From positions 1 to 54,861 of the forward strand of contig JBMORA010000055.1 in NCBI GenBank assembly GCA_049320885.1: DNA of 54,861 nt, given 5' to 3'. Of the stretch, positions 1 to 9,773 are shown piece by piece. Under the pieces are notes generated by a model. It was not told the origin of the DNA. It saw only the letters and a list, made by a program, of their open reading frames with translations, and made no database searches. The DNA comes from Thermodesulfobacteriota bacterium (GTDB taxonomy: Bacteria; Desulfobacterota; Desulfobacteria; Desulfobacterales; SURF-7). How positions within the stretch are numbered: the first letter of the stretch is position 1; each line of letters opens with the position of its first letter. Made by a program: the position numbers and the translations under genes.

Positions 1-146
1 CCGATTGTTTCGGGAAAGCGGACTTCGGGATTTGGCAGCGCCAGCGGTTGAAGTTGATAGTACCTTACGGGCGGCGTGGTTCCGAAACAGCCGTTGACCA
101 AAAGACAAGCGACGATGGGGAACAACTGCCACCAGCGGGCGCTCAT
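1..146 (-). CDS. pqiC: PqiC-like membrane integrity lipoprotein, N-terminal part (runs off the window edge)
   Basis: Manual translation MSARWWQLFPIVACLLVNGCFGTTPPVRYYQL...: signal peptide, lipobox LVNG-C and RYYxL motif; directly downstream of pqiB. Confidence 0.8.
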   Translation of the reverse strand, partial: MSARWWQLFPIVACLLVNGCFGTTPPVRYYQLQPLALPNPEVRFPETI

Positions 147-157
147 GGATTCTGTTT

Positions 158-1831
158 TCATTGTTCCTGTCCTTTCCCCTGGATGAAGGCCTCCGGGTGC
201 TGCTCCAGATAATCCATCAACAAGCGCAGGGACTTGGCGGCCGCCGAGATTTCATCGAGGGCTTCATTCGCCGTGACCGGCAGTTGCGCGTTCTCGTTCA
301 GCATGCCTTCGGCGGCCTTGAGGGACAACTGGGCCTGCCGGAGGGTCTTGTCGATTTCCGGGGTCACCTGGGTGCGCAGGTCGGCGATGAGCAGGCGAAG
401 TTCCGCCAGGGAGGCGTTCAGATTGACGACAGCGGCCCGGGTTTCCGGCGACTGGGTGATGGCTTTCGTTCCCTGGAGGGTGTCCTTCAGGTTGTCGGCG
501 ATCTGTTCCAGGGGCATGCTCTCGATCCGGGCGATGATCCGGCTTATTTTATTGCCGATGTTGACCATGGGCGAGGGTATGGTGGGTATTTCCGGATAGA
601 GTCCGTCCTTTTTGGCGGCTGCCGCCGGGGCTTCCGGATAGAAATCCAGGGAGACCAGTTTCCGGCCGGTGACCAGGTTGCCCGTGTCGATCCGGGCGCG
701 GAGTCCTTTTTCAATCAAATATTCGATTCGCTGCTGACGTTCTTCCGGGTTCGTCAGGCGTTCGTCTTTCTGCATGGCCCGATCCGGTTCCAGCTCGATG
801 ACCACCGTTGCGCGGTATTCGCTTTTTTTATCTCCGGTTTCCAGCCAGATATCGATGACCTGACCGATCTGAATACCATAGAATTCCACCGGCGATCCCG
901 GCACGAGACCGCGCACCGACTCATGGAAATGCAGGAGCCAGCGATGCTTCTGTTCGTACGTCTTGCGGAAGGCCTCTTCCCGGTTCTTGTACAGTCGAAA
1001 AACCGCTTCCTTCTCAGCATGCGGGGCGGGATCGGTTTTCGGCGGCAGGCCGAAAGCCACGCCGCCGATGGCGAAACTGACAAACGACTCCGTATCGAGC
1101 CGCATGCCTTCGGTGTCCAGTGTGATATCGAAGCCGCTGGATTCCCAGAAACGGGAGTTTTCATAGACGTATTGATCAAAGGGAGTATTGACGAACACCT
1201 CGATGTCAACGGATTCTCCGTTCTCCGCGAGCCGGTGGGCCACCACCTGCCCAACCTCGATCTTGCGGTAATATACGGGCGAGCCGATTTCCAGGGAGCC
1301 GCGGTCGGCGGCTTTCAGGAGGAAATGTTTTCCGCGCTGATCCGCCGTGACAATCGGCGGTTCCGCAAGACCGATGAATTTTTTCGACGGTTTGCCTTTC
1401 TTCCCCGGATCCAGGGCGATATAGGCGCCGGAAAAAAGTGTTCCCAGGCCGGAAACGCCGGTGGCGGCCACCCTGGCCCGGACCACCCAGAAACGGGTGT
1501 TTTCGGAAATGAATGCCTCGGCGGTTTTCACCAGTTCGGCGGTGACGATGACCTGGGACAGGTTTTCACTGAGATCGATGGAACTGACTTGGCCGAGGTC
1601 CACATCCTTGAAACGGATTTTGGTCTTGCCAGCCTCCAGGCCCTCGGCCGACTCAAATGCAATGGTGATGGTGGGGCCTTTTTCGGAAATGGTTTTGTAC
1701 ACCAGCCAGCCACCCACGATGATGGCCGCGATGGGCACAACCCAGACAATGGATATGGGAAAATGACGCGTCTGAACGTCCGCTGTGGGCAGATCCCTCA
1801 TTTCCGGCAGCTGATTCCCGGTTTCATTCAT
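158..1831 (-). CDS. pqiB: PqiB / MlaD(MCE)-domain intermembrane transport protein
   Basis: N-terminal TM (IVWVVPIAAIIVGGWL), repeated MCE motifs (AEGLEAGKT, GSLEIGSPVYYR, GLVPGSPVEFYG), C-terminal helical region ending YLEQHPEAFIQGK. Confidence 0.95.
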   Translation of the reverse strand: MNETGNQLPEMRDLPTADVQTRHFPISIVWVVPIAAIIVGGWLVYKTISEKGPTITIAFESAEGLEAGKTKIRFKDVDLGQVSSIDLSENLSQVIVTAELVKTAEAFISENTRFWVVRARVAATGVSGLGTLFSGAYIALDPGKKGKPSKKFIGLAEPPIVTADQRGKHFLLKAADRGSLEIGSPVYYRKIEVGQVVAHRLAENGESVDIEVFVNTPFDQYVYENSRFWESSGFDITLDTEGMRLDTESFVSFAIGGVAFGLPPKTDPAPHAEKEAVFRLYKNREEAFRKTYEQKHRWLLHFHESVRGLVPGSPVEFYGIQIGQVIDIWLETGDKKSEYRATVVIELEPDRAMQKDERLTNPEERQQRIEYLIEKGLRARIDTGNLVTGRKLVSLDFYPEAPAAAAKKDGLYPEIPTIPSPMVNIGNKISRIIARIESMPLEQIADNLKDTLQGTKAITQSPETRAAVVNLNASLAELRLLIADLRTQVTPEIDKTLRQAQLSLKAAEGMLNENAQLPVTANEALDEISAAAKSLRLLMDYLEQHPEAFIQGKGQEQ

Positions 1832-2471
1832 TTTCGGAGGCCTCCGTGTCCCAGATCAGGCGGGGATCGAAACTCATGGCGGCAAACATGGTGATGACCA
1901 CGACGGCGGAAAAATAGATCGCCGCCGGTCCTGCGTGAATGGTTGCCAGGGACCCCAGATTGACCAGGGCCACCAGGATGGTGACGACAAAGATATCCAC
2001 CATGGACCAGCGACCGACAATTTCGGTTATGCGATATAACCTTGTGCGGTCCTTGGGACGCCAGGAGGATTTACATTGGACGCTGATCAGGAGAAAAACC
2101 AGGATGCACAATTTCATCAGCGGCACAAAGATGCTGGCGACAAATATAACCAGGGCGATGGGCCACATTCCGGTCAGGATAAAATAGACGACCCCGCTCA
2201 TGATGGTGTCCGACTGGACATGACCCAGGGAAATCACAATGGTGATGGGCAGTACATTGGCCGGGATGTAAAAGACGAAGGCCGCCAGAATCAATGCCCA
2301 CGTGCGCTGGATGCTGTCGGGTTTGCGGGGATGGACGCGGGAACCGCATCGGGGGCAGACCATTCCCCGGGCTTGATGGTGCCTTCGCAACAGCAGATGG
2401 CAGCTGTGGCAGCTGACCAGTCCGTTTTTCAAGGCCGTTTGGTGGCTGGTTTGCATCGGAGTTTTTCCCAT
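1824..2471 (-). CDS. pqiA: Paraquat-inducible protein A (second PqiA-domain gene)
   Basis: CHSC...CPRC zinc motif, PANVLPI, GRWSMVDIFVV, FDPRLIWD; alternative start at 2456. Confidence 0.93.
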   Translation of the reverse strand: MGKTPMQTSHQTALKNGLVSCHSCHLLLRRHHQARGMVCPRCGSRVHPRKPDSIQRTWALILAAFVFYIPANVLPITIVISLGHVQSDTIMSGVVYFILTGMWPIALVIFVASIFVPLMKLCILVFLLISVQCKSSWRPKDRTRLYRITEIVGRWSMVDIFVVTILVALVNLGSLATIHAGPAAIYFSAVVVITMFAAMSFDPRLIWDTEASENE

Positions 2472-3055
2472 TGTTCCCAGATGTAATGATCGTCCAGGGC
2501 CGCGCTCATGGCGACGATGATAAAAATCAGCCCCAGAAAGGAAAATGCCGCCACTCCGGGAATAATGGTCGCCATTTTTTTCAGTTTCACCATGGCAACC
2601 AGGATTCCCAGCATAAAAACCTCCATCATGCTCCAGGGCTGCAGCCAGCGGATAAACCGGAACACCCGGGGCAGGCCCATGGGGATGCGCGCATATTTCA
2701 GCGGCAGGGTCACGTACAGCAGACCCAGCATCTGAAACAGCGGCACGATGATGATATTGAGCAGCACCAGCCCGGCCACGGCTTTCATATCCTGATCGAA
2801 CAAAGTCCGGATGCCGGTGATGAGGATGGTTTCCTGGATGGTGGCCTCGATTTTAAAGGCCAGAAATGGAAACGTGTTGGAAAGGGCGAAGAGCACCAGA
2901 CCGGCCAAGGCAAAGGCCAGGGTCCGATCCAGGGGGTTGATTTTTTTCCGGTACAGAACGGCGCCGCAGCGGACGCATCGGGCGGCCGCGCCGGGGGGCA
3001 GGGGCTCCAGCTTGTGGATCAGGTCGCATTCATGGCAGGCGATATAGGAACTCAT
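2429..3055 (-). CDS. pqiA: Paraquat-inducible protein A (first PqiA-domain gene)
   Basis: IACHECD...CVRCG, SNTFPFL, PWSMMEVFMLG; start moved to MSSYIAC (3055) from the longer track ORF. Confidence 0.92.
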   Translation of the reverse strand: MSSYIACHECDLIHKLEPLPPGAAARCVRCGAVLYRKKINPLDRTLAFALAGLVLFALSNTFPFLAFKIEATIQETILITGIRTLFDQDMKAVAGLVLLNIIIVPLFQMLGLLYVTLPLKYARIPMGLPRVFRFIRWLQPWSMMEVFMLGILVAMVKLKKMATIIPGVAAFSFLGLIFIIVAMSAALDDHYIWEQWEKLRCKPATKRP

Positions 3056-3344
3056 GTCCGCTCCTGGCAATGGGCGCGTGTTCTTGGCAATCCGGCGTTC
3101 CTCCGATGGATGCCGTTCTCCCAATGTTCGCAATTCAATACAAAGATTATGGGAAAGTGTCAATCGGGGGGAAGGCCTCCGCAGGGAAGTCAGCCCGCAT
3201 GGGGTGATGGGCTCCCTGGTGTTAAGCGGGATCGGCTTAGGTGAAGAAAATGAAGTGGCCGGATACCAATTGGGAAAATGTTGATAACGGCATCCCTTCC
3301 TTGGGCGAACTGCTTGGCCCCGGAAGTATTAGGGTTTGTGAATC

Positions 3345-3584
3345 TCAGGCGGGATAGGTGCAGGAATCGGCTTCCAGCAGCAGGAAGATCAGGCCCAGGG
3401 TGTGGTTGTCCAGCAGTTTTTCTTCCCAGCCGAGCCTGACCAGAGACTGTTTCAGGGTCATCATGTTCAAATTGCGTTTGTTGACGGTGATATTGGCGAC
3501 ATCGCGGGCCAGCCGGTTGATTTCGACAAGACGGAGTCCCCTGGCCTGGAGGCGCAGTGAAATATGTCCCCTGGTTTCCATCAT
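3345..3584 (-). CDS. Small hypothetical protein (~79 aa)
   Basis: Protein-like amphipathic sequence (EINRLARDV...LGWEEKLLDNHTLGLI); GAGGA upstream of ATG 3584; co-oriented with neighbours. Confidence 0.6.
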   Translation of the reverse strand: MMETRGHISLRLQARGLRLVEINRLARDVANITVNKRNLNMMTLKQSLVRLGWEEKLLDNHTLGLIFLLLEADSCTYPA

Positions 3585-3677
3585 GCTGATCCCATCCTCG
3601 AACCGGCGAGCCCGCAGGCATGTGGGTTCTCGCCGCACCGATGTCAATTCCCGTCGCGGGATCCGGATAGGCTCCGC

Positions 3678-3926
3678 TCACAGCGGAGGAGCCCCATTGG
3701 TCCACATCTGACGGCGATCCGTCTTGATATCCCAGGCGGTTGTTCCTGGTTGGTGGTAAAAAACCGGAAAGAAGTACGTTTTTCTTCTTTCCGGCCGGGC
3801 GATCCCGGAAATTTCATAACACTCCGAACAGAGAAAATGCCCGTAAACCGCAAGGGTCGGGGTCTTGATGGACCGGAAACGCTTCCCACAGTTGGTGCAA
3901 GACAGCACGGCTCTTTTTTTGCCCAT
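3678..3926 (-). CDS. Small putative zinc-finger protein (CxxC...CxxC)
   Basis: MGKKRAVLSCTNCGKRF...FLCSECY; AAGGAAG RBS-like sequence before ATG 3926. Confidence 0.55.
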   Translation of the reverse strand: MGKKRAVLSCTNCGKRFRSIKTPTLAVYGHFLCSECYEISGIARPERRKTYFFPVFYHQPGTTAWDIKTDRRQMWTNGAPPL

Positions 3927-4143
3927 CGGATGCTTCCTTTCCATACAAAAAAGAAGGTGATGCAAAAAAAATTACGATTGAGAGTCGTTCCTGGGTGAAG
4001 GCACTGCCGTATCGAAAAAGAGGTTGCCGAGACGCTTCGCTGGATGATTTCTGGGTGCGCCGGGATTGCAGCGTGTGCCTCACCATAAAAAAGCCGGGCA
4101 GGTTTGTCCATCAGGATAATCCTGATTTTTTATCGGAAAATTC

Positions 4144-5436
4144 CTATCCGAACAGGTACCAGCAGGCCAGCACGGAGCAGGCGATTCCCACCGCGTCGCC
4201 GAAGAGGGCGGCCGCCATGGTGTGGCGCAGGCGCCGGACCTGGATGGACCCATAATATACCGCCAGCACATAAAAGGTCGTTTCCGTGCACCCTTGCAGG
4301 GTGCTGACCAGATAGCCGGTATAGCTGTCCGGTCCGATGGCCGGATCATTGATGATCGCCGCCATGATGCCATAGGCACCCGAGCCGGACAGGGGGCGCA
4401 ACAGGGCCATGGGCAGGGCCTCGGCGGGCAGCCCGACCCTTGAGGTGAAGGCCCCCAGAAACGATACGATCAGATCCAGAGCGCCGCTGGCCCGCAACAT
4501 GCCCACCGCCACCAGGATGGCTACCAGGTAGGGAATGATGCGTATGGCCACCTGGAATCCCTCCTTGCCGCCTTCCACCAGTTCTTCATAAACCTTGACC
4601 CCGCGAAGCATCCCGAAGCCCAGAAAGAACACCATCAGGCCGGGGATCACCCACGGCGAAATCGTCTGGCCGTAAAGAACCGTCAGGGGAATCAGGGTTA
4701 CCAGCAGCACGAGGGCCGAAAGGGACACCCAATACGGATAGGCGCTGGCTTCCCCCGGGTCGGTGTTTTGGGCAGGGGCCGGCTCGCCGGAGGCTTCTGC
4801 TGGCCCGGGTTCGTCGGTGACGGTTTCCAGGGGCGACCAGCGGCAAAAGGTCTTGGCGGCGATGATCGCAGCCGTGGTGGAACAAATGGTGGCGAACAGG
4901 GTGGTGGGCAGGATGGCGGCCGGATCGGCGGAGCCGGCCGCGGCCCGCAGGGCGATGACGCCGGTGGGCAGGAGGGTCACCGATGAGGTGTTGATGGCCA
5001 GAAACAGGGCCATGGCGTTGGTGGCGGTCCCATGCCGGGGATTGAGTTTTTCCAGTTCCTGCATGGCGCGGATGCCGAAGGGGGTCGCGGCGTTGCCCAG
5101 CCCCAGCATATTGGCGGAAAGATTGAGAATCATGGCTCCCATGGCCGGATGATCGGCCGGCACCTCCGGAAACAGCCTCACCATCAGGGGTCGTATCAGC
5201 CTTGCCAGGATGGCGAGCATGCCGCCGGCTTCCGCCACCTTCATCAGCCCCAGGAAGAGGGTCATGACCCCCACCAGACCGATGGCCAGTTCCACGGCGC
5301 CTTTGGCGGATTCGACCATGGCGGTGGACAGCGCCTCCATGGGCGCGGTCTGCCCGGCTGCGGACGACCACAGGAGCTGCCGCCAGCCGGCGAAGCCGAA
5401 GGCGATTCCGACAATCACGATCAGGACGATGTTCAT
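4144..5436 (-). CDS. spmAB: Fused SpmA/SpmB (nucleoside recognition Gate domain) membrane protein
   Basis: ANMLGLGNAATPFG (SpmA) and LLRPLSGSGA / QGCTETTFYVLAVYYG (SpmB) in one chain. Confidence 0.9.
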   Translation of the reverse strand: MNIVLIVIVGIAFGFAGWRQLLWSSAAGQTAPMEALSTAMVESAKGAVELAIGLVGVMTLFLGLMKVAEAGGMLAILARLIRPLMVRLFPEVPADHPAMGAMILNLSANMLGLGNAATPFGIRAMQELEKLNPRHGTATNAMALFLAINTSSVTLLPTGVIALRAAAGSADPAAILPTTLFATICSTTAAIIAAKTFCRWSPLETVTDEPGPAEASGEPAPAQNTDPGEASAYPYWVSLSALVLLVTLIPLTVLYGQTISPWVIPGLMVFFLGFGMLRGVKVYEELVEGGKEGFQVAIRIIPYLVAILVAVGMLRASGALDLIVSFLGAFTSRVGLPAEALPMALLRPLSGSGAYGIMAAIINDPAIGPDSYTGYLVSTLQGCTETTFYVLAVYYGSIQVRRLRHTMAAALFGDAVGIACSVLACWYLFG

Positions 5437-5732
5437 AAGATTCCTTATTCCATTTTGCCGATTTTAACAAATTATTTCATTACGATCTCCTGGATTCTGA
5501 TTTCTGGATACGGGGCAGTTGCCAGCAATCATGCAGGATATCGTAAAAGTTGACAGGGGCGGGATGTGGTTGTAACTACGAAATCATGGTGGGACTCAAT
5601 GGCATTCGTCCTGACCATCGTTGACCGGGAAAGACGGGAAAAAACAGGCCTCCCCCGCTTGGCGCCTGTATGGCGATATCGGTTCCAAAAGAAAAGCGGG
5701 GGGGACGGGTGGCGGAAAGGGGGGGGCTTGCC

Positions 5733-6905
5733 GTGATCATTCATATGGATATGGATGCCTTTTATGCCGCCGTGGAGCAGCTGGACAACCCCGCCTTGCG
5801 GGGATTGCCGCTGATCGTGGGCGGAAAGTCCAAACGCGCGGTGGTGTCCACGGCCAGTTATGAGGCCCGGCGCTTCGGCGTACGTTCCGCCATGCCCATG
5901 TTCCAGGCGTTGCAGCTATGTCCCCGGGCTGTGGTGGTTCCGGTCCGCATGGGGCGCTATCAGGAAGTTTCCGCATCGGTCATGGCGGTTCTGGCGGAGT
6001 TTTCGCCGCTGGTGGAGCAGGTCGGCATAGACGAGGCCTATATCGACATCGGTGGACTGACCGGTCTCTTCGGTGATCCGCCGGCCATTGCCGGTGCCAT
6101 CCAGACAAAGATCCAGACCTCCTTGAACCTGAGTTGCTCCATGGGGGTGGCGCCGCTGAAATTTTTGGCGAAAATCGCCTCGGATATGAAGAAACCCGGC
6201 GGTCTGACCCTGATTCCACCGGACCGGATGATGGATTTCATTCGGGAATTACCCATTGAAAAAGTGCCGGGAGTGGGACCGGCAACGCTGGTCAGGCTCA
6301 AATCCCTGGGTATTCGAACCCTTGGGGATGTCCATGGATTCAATAAACGGCTCCTTCAGGAAACGATCGGAAAATTCGCATCGCGCCTGATGGCGCTGGC
6401 GCATGGAATGGATGATTCCGCGGTTACCCCCGGCCGGCCGGTTAAGTCCATCAGTGCGGAGAACACCCTGGATGAAAATACCGTCGACCCGGAGGTGCTC
6501 CATCGCTGCTTGTTGCAGCATGCGGAGCGGGTGGGCCGGGAGCTGCGCGAGTCCGGTATGCTGGCCCGCACCCTGACGCTGAAAATCAAATATGGCGATT
6601 TTCGTCAGATGACCCGCAGCGTCACCCTGGAAAATCCGACCCAGTCTTCCGGGGAGTTGTACACGGAAGCGGTCCGCTTACTGGCGGACGTCAAACTCGC
6701 CGGCTCCGTGCGCTTGATCGGGCTCGGCGCATCCGGGCTGCTCTCCCGCTCGACGCCGGTGCAGCAGGAACTTTTCGGCGAGGGAGCCGGCCGGAAAGGG
6801 AAATGGGAAAAACTGGAACGGACCGTCGATGGTATCGCGGCGAAATACGGCAATAAGGTCATCCAAAAAGCGTCATTGACGGATTCCCCTCCAGGTAAGC
6901 GGTGA
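5733..6905 (+). CDS. dinB: DNA polymerase IV (Y family)
   Basis: IIHMDMDAFYAAVEQ, STASYEAR, GIDEAYID, KFLAKIASD; probable GTG start at 5733. Confidence 0.96.
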   Translation: MIIHMDMDAFYAAVEQLDNPALRGLPLIVGGKSKRAVVSTASYEARRFGVRSAMPMFQALQLCPRAVVVPVRMGRYQEVSASVMAVLAEFSPLVEQVGIDEAYIDIGGLTGLFGDPPAIAGAIQTKIQTSLNLSCSMGVAPLKFLAKIASDMKKPGGLTLIPPDRMMDFIRELPIEKVPGVGPATLVRLKSLGIRTLGDVHGFNKRLLQETIGKFASRLMALAHGMDDSAVTPGRPVKSISAENTLDENTVDPEVLHRCLLQHAERVGRELRESGMLARTLTLKIKYGDFRQMTRSVTLENPTQSSGELYTEAVRLLADVKLAGSVRLIGLGASGLLSRSTPVQQELFGEGAGRKGKWEKLERTVDGIAAKYGNKVIQKASLTDSPPGKR

Positions 6906-7030
6906 CATTGCGCAGGTGCGGATGACAGGCGGTGCTAAGCGTGCAGCGTGTCGAACAGCGTGCCGCAACCGTTTCCCACCGCCACCATTTCGTTGCTGGC
7001 CAGTGAATATACTGCCGCATGGCTGCGGGG

Positions 7031-7495
7031 TTACGTGGGCCGTCTTTTCATCCCCACCAGGGCGATCAGACCGGAGGCGAACAGCAGCAATGCCGCCGGG
7101 ACCGGTGCTGCCGTGATCTGCAGGCCGTAAAGGCCGGTATCGTAAATGCCGCCGCCGACACCGAAGATGTTGCAGAAATAGGTCGTGCCGGGATCGATGG
7201 AAAAAGAAAAGCTGCCCGTGCCTTCAATGGTCCCGATCGGCTGGATCGCGGTGGAAATGGAAAGCCCCAGGAAATCAAAGGCCAGAGGGGCGAAGGACAG
7301 ATCACTGAGCGTTGCGGTGTAAATGGAGTGATTTCCCTCGGCCACAAAATGCAGGTTGATGCCTTCCATGCCGGTGATGTAGTCCGTGGTCTCATAAATC
7401 AACGCCGCCCGGGCCGGGGGAGCGACGACGAGAGTCAGCAGTGCCACGGAAAAGGCAACTGCCATGGATCCTGTCCATTTGTTTCTGTTTTTCAT
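7031..7495 (-). CDS. Secreted VPLPA/PEP-CTERM-type exosortase substrate protein
   Basis: Signal peptide ending ARA-A; C-terminus APVPAALLLFASGLIALVGMKRR (Pro motif, TM helix, basic tail); AGGAGG RBS. Confidence 0.88.
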   Translation of the reverse strand: MKNRNKWTGSMAVAFSVALLTLVVAPPARAALIYETTDYITGMEGINLHFVAEGNHSIYTATLSDLSFAPLAFDFLGLSISTAIQPIGTIEGTGSFSFSIDPGTTYFCNIFGVGGGIYDTGLYGLQITAAPVPAALLLFASGLIALVGMKRRPT

Positions 7496-7627
7496 GTTTC
7501 CTCCTGATTGTAAGTGGTTTGATCAAACAAGGTTGTTTTCACAAATGCTACCCGGCAGAGACGCCGGAACAGCAACAACGATAATGGCATTGTTCGAACT
7601 CGATGAGGAGTTTGCCAGCCAAAGGTT

Positions 7628-7643
7628 AGCAAGCCATGTGCCA
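7628..7643 (-). promoter_or_regulatory. Sigma-54 (-24/-12) promoter of the VPLPA-CTERM gene
   Basis: Minus strand reads TGGCAC-ATGGC-TTGCT, matching TGGCAC-N5-TTGC(A/T), about 130 bp upstream of the start. Confidence 0.8.
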
Positions 7644-7815
7644 TCAGACGGTAACCGGAGGAGGAAATTTCGTGAAATCCTGGCGAACGCGAAGTGCCAT
7701 TATGGAATCGAAATCCAATGAAAAAGTAATGTTAGATTATATCGTCGTGTTCGGTTGGCATGGGGATTTTTTTTTGCGGCAACGCTTGAATAGAGCTGGC
7801 GGGCTGTTTCGGCTG

Positions 7816-7850
7816 TCGTAATTTCACCGAATTTCGGTGAAAAGTTACGA
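7816..7850. promoter_or_regulatory. Palindrome, candidate enhancer (UAS) for a sigma-54 activator
   Basis: TTTCACCGAA-T-TTCGGTGAAA (7822-7842) flanked by TCGTAA/TTACGA; about 180-200 bp upstream of the -24/-12 element. Confidence 0.55.
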
Positions 7851-7983
7851 AATTTTCATGCGCTGTTACCAATTTTGCCGGCATGCCTCACCATCCCGGC
7901 AGAAAGGATTGCGCGCCGTGTCGGAACCGCCCGGCGCCGGCAGAAACCAGCGCCGCAGCGGGCGAATATCGGAAATACGCAGG

Positions 7984-8331
7984 TCAGCGGTTCGTTCGGG
8001 AAATGTCTTCCACCAGGAAAGGGGTGCAGCGCAGCCCCACGGATCGTTTTTTCACCCAGACCCGGACCATATGCACGGCTTCGCCGTCCGGATTGACGAT
8101 ATGGGGAAGCTCCTCCACGCAGGCGATATCGGATGCGCGGAATTCATAATAAAAGCTGGCGCTGCTGTAAGGATCGGCGACGAGTATCACATGGTTGTTA
8201 TCATAGGGATGCTTGCGGGGCGATCCGGAGAAGGGGATATGGTGCTTGCGCAGTTCCTGGATCCCCTGCGGTTTGCCGTAAGCCTGGATTTCAAACTTTT
8301 CCTTCTGGGCAAGAATTTGTGTTATCGTCAT
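7984..8331 (-). CDS. Conserved small protein (family I recall being labelled 'inorganic pyrophosphatase Ppa' in deltaproteobacteria; function doubtful)
   Basis: 115 aa, AAGGAGG RBS, PFSGSPRKHPYD...ILVADP...YYEF; no family I PPase DxDPxD motif. Confidence 0.7.
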   Translation of the reverse strand: MTITQILAQKEKFEIQAYGKPQGIQELRKHHIPFSGSPRKHPYDNNHVILVADPYSSASFYYEFRASDIACVEELPHIVNPDGEAVHMVRVWVKKRSVGLRCTPFLVEDISRTNR

Positions 8332-8503
8332 TCCCTATCCTCCTTGCGACTGAAAAAGGTCAAATCCCACGATTCGGTTTATCTGTTTTTACCCTAAATT
8401 GACAAACGGATCAACCGGGTAACGCCCGCTGTTCTCTGTCAAGACCTTTTGGCGATGTCGTCACCTGAAAGTCCGGTTGCCGACGCGGACAAAGGCTGTT
8501 ACA

Positions 8504-9763
8504 ATGGCGGACATGAAATCAAGAAACGCTTGTCTGCTTCTCGCAGCGCTCCTGATGATTGCCGGTCCCGGTGAAAAATGCGCGGCCCTGGAGCCGGGAC
8601 AGGTTCTCGTTCTGGCCAACAGGAAGCTTCCGGACAGCCTGACGCTCGCCAGGGAATACATGAAAAAACGGGGGATACCGGCAGCCAACCTGCTGGCCAT
8701 CCCCTTTGCGGAAAAGGAAAGCTGCACCCGGGATGAATATGAGAAATCGCTGGCGCTGCCGGTCCGGAATTTTTTACTGGATCGGGATCCCATGAAAATT
8801 CAATTCCGCTGTATCGTCTCCATGTACGGGATTCCGCTGGTGGTGACCGATCCCGGATTGTCGCTGGAAGACAGGGCCGAATTGTTGCAACTGCGCGGGA
8901 AAGTAAAGCTCCTGCAATCCCGTCTGAATCATTCAGAACCGCCGGAAAACCGGAGCCGGAAAGTGCTGGCAGATGAAATAGAGCAAAACCAACGGCGGAT
9001 TTCGGCCTTGGGGTTGAAGGACAAGACCGCGGCGGTGGATTCGGAACTTTCCCTGGTGCTGGAAAAGAATGTTCCCCTGGAAGGGTGGCTCCCCAATCCC
9101 GCTTGCCTGGGATACGGCGGCAGACGGATGCAGCGCATGCCGTCGGCCGCTCTCCTGGTTTCCCGGCTGGACGGTCCTACGCCGCAGATCGTCCGCCGGA
9201 TCATGGATGACAGTCTGATCACCGAGGAAAAAGGTTTCGGGGGGAAAAATGCCTATTTTGACGCCAGATGGCCGGATCAGGGGAAAACGGAGCTGTCCGG
9301 TTATGCGTTTTATGACCGTTCCATCCACCGGTCGGCGGAGATCGTCCGCAAGAGCGGCGTGATGCCCGTTGTCCTGAATGCGGACAGTCGCTTGTTCCAG
9401 CCCGGCGAATGTCCGGACGCCGCAATTTACTGCGGCTGGTACAGCCTGGGGAAATACGTGGACGCCTTCACCTGGGCTCCGGGAGCCGTGGGCTATCATA
9501 TCGCCAGCAGCGAATGCACGACCCTGAAAAAACGGAACAGCACCGTCTGGTGCAAGGTCATGCTGGAAAAAGGCGTCGCCGCCACCATCGGTCCGGTGGG
9601 CGAGCCCTATGTTCAGGCGTTCCCTCCTCCGGAGCTGTTTTTCAAGCTCCTGCTGAGCGGGAAACCGACCCTGGCGGAATGTTTCGCCCTGAGCAATCCT
9701 TTCCTGTCCTGGAAAATCATCCTGGTGGGGGACCCGCTGTACCGGCCCTTCAAATCCCGCTGA
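8504..9763 (+). CDS. TIGR03790-family protein (exosortase-associated, exported)
   Basis: Signal peptide; VLVLAN, AAVDSEL, VSRLDGP, YCGWYS, PGAVGYHIAS, GPVGEPY, VGDPLYRPF motifs recalled for this family. Confidence 0.85.
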   Translation: MADMKSRNACLLLAALLMIAGPGEKCAALEPGQVLVLANRKLPDSLTLAREYMKKRGIPAANLLAIPFAEKESCTRDEYEKSLALPVRNFLLDRDPMKIQFRCIVSMYGIPLVVTDPGLSLEDRAELLQLRGKVKLLQSRLNHSEPPENRSRKVLADEIEQNQRRISALGLKDKTAAVDSELSLVLEKNVPLEGWLPNPACLGYGGRRMQRMPSAALLVSRLDGPTPQIVRRIMDDSLITEEKGFGGKNAYFDARWPDQGKTELSGYAFYDRSIHRSAEIVRKSGVMPVVLNADSRLFQPGECPDAAIYCGWYSLGKYVDAFTWAPGAVGYHIASSECTTLKKRNSTVWCKVMLEKGVAATIGPVGEPYVQAFPPPELFFKLLLSGKPTLAECFALSNPFLSWKIILVGDPLYRPFKSR

Positions 9764-9773
9764 TCTGCACCGA

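Noticed and set aside
1824..3055. Two pqiA ORFs as a frameshifted pseudogene
   Set aside because: Each has its own N-terminal Cys motif and complete PqiA domain; a two-gene pqiA arrangement is common
3200..3245. GGTGATGG...CTCCC resembling a fluoride riboswitch start
   Set aside because: The downstream conserved elements are missing and no plus-strand gene follows; an Rfam scan would settle it
5437..5732. SOS/LexA box upstream of dinB
   Set aside because: No convincing match to LexA motifs I know; only a loose CCCCCGCTT/AAGCGGGGG inverted pair
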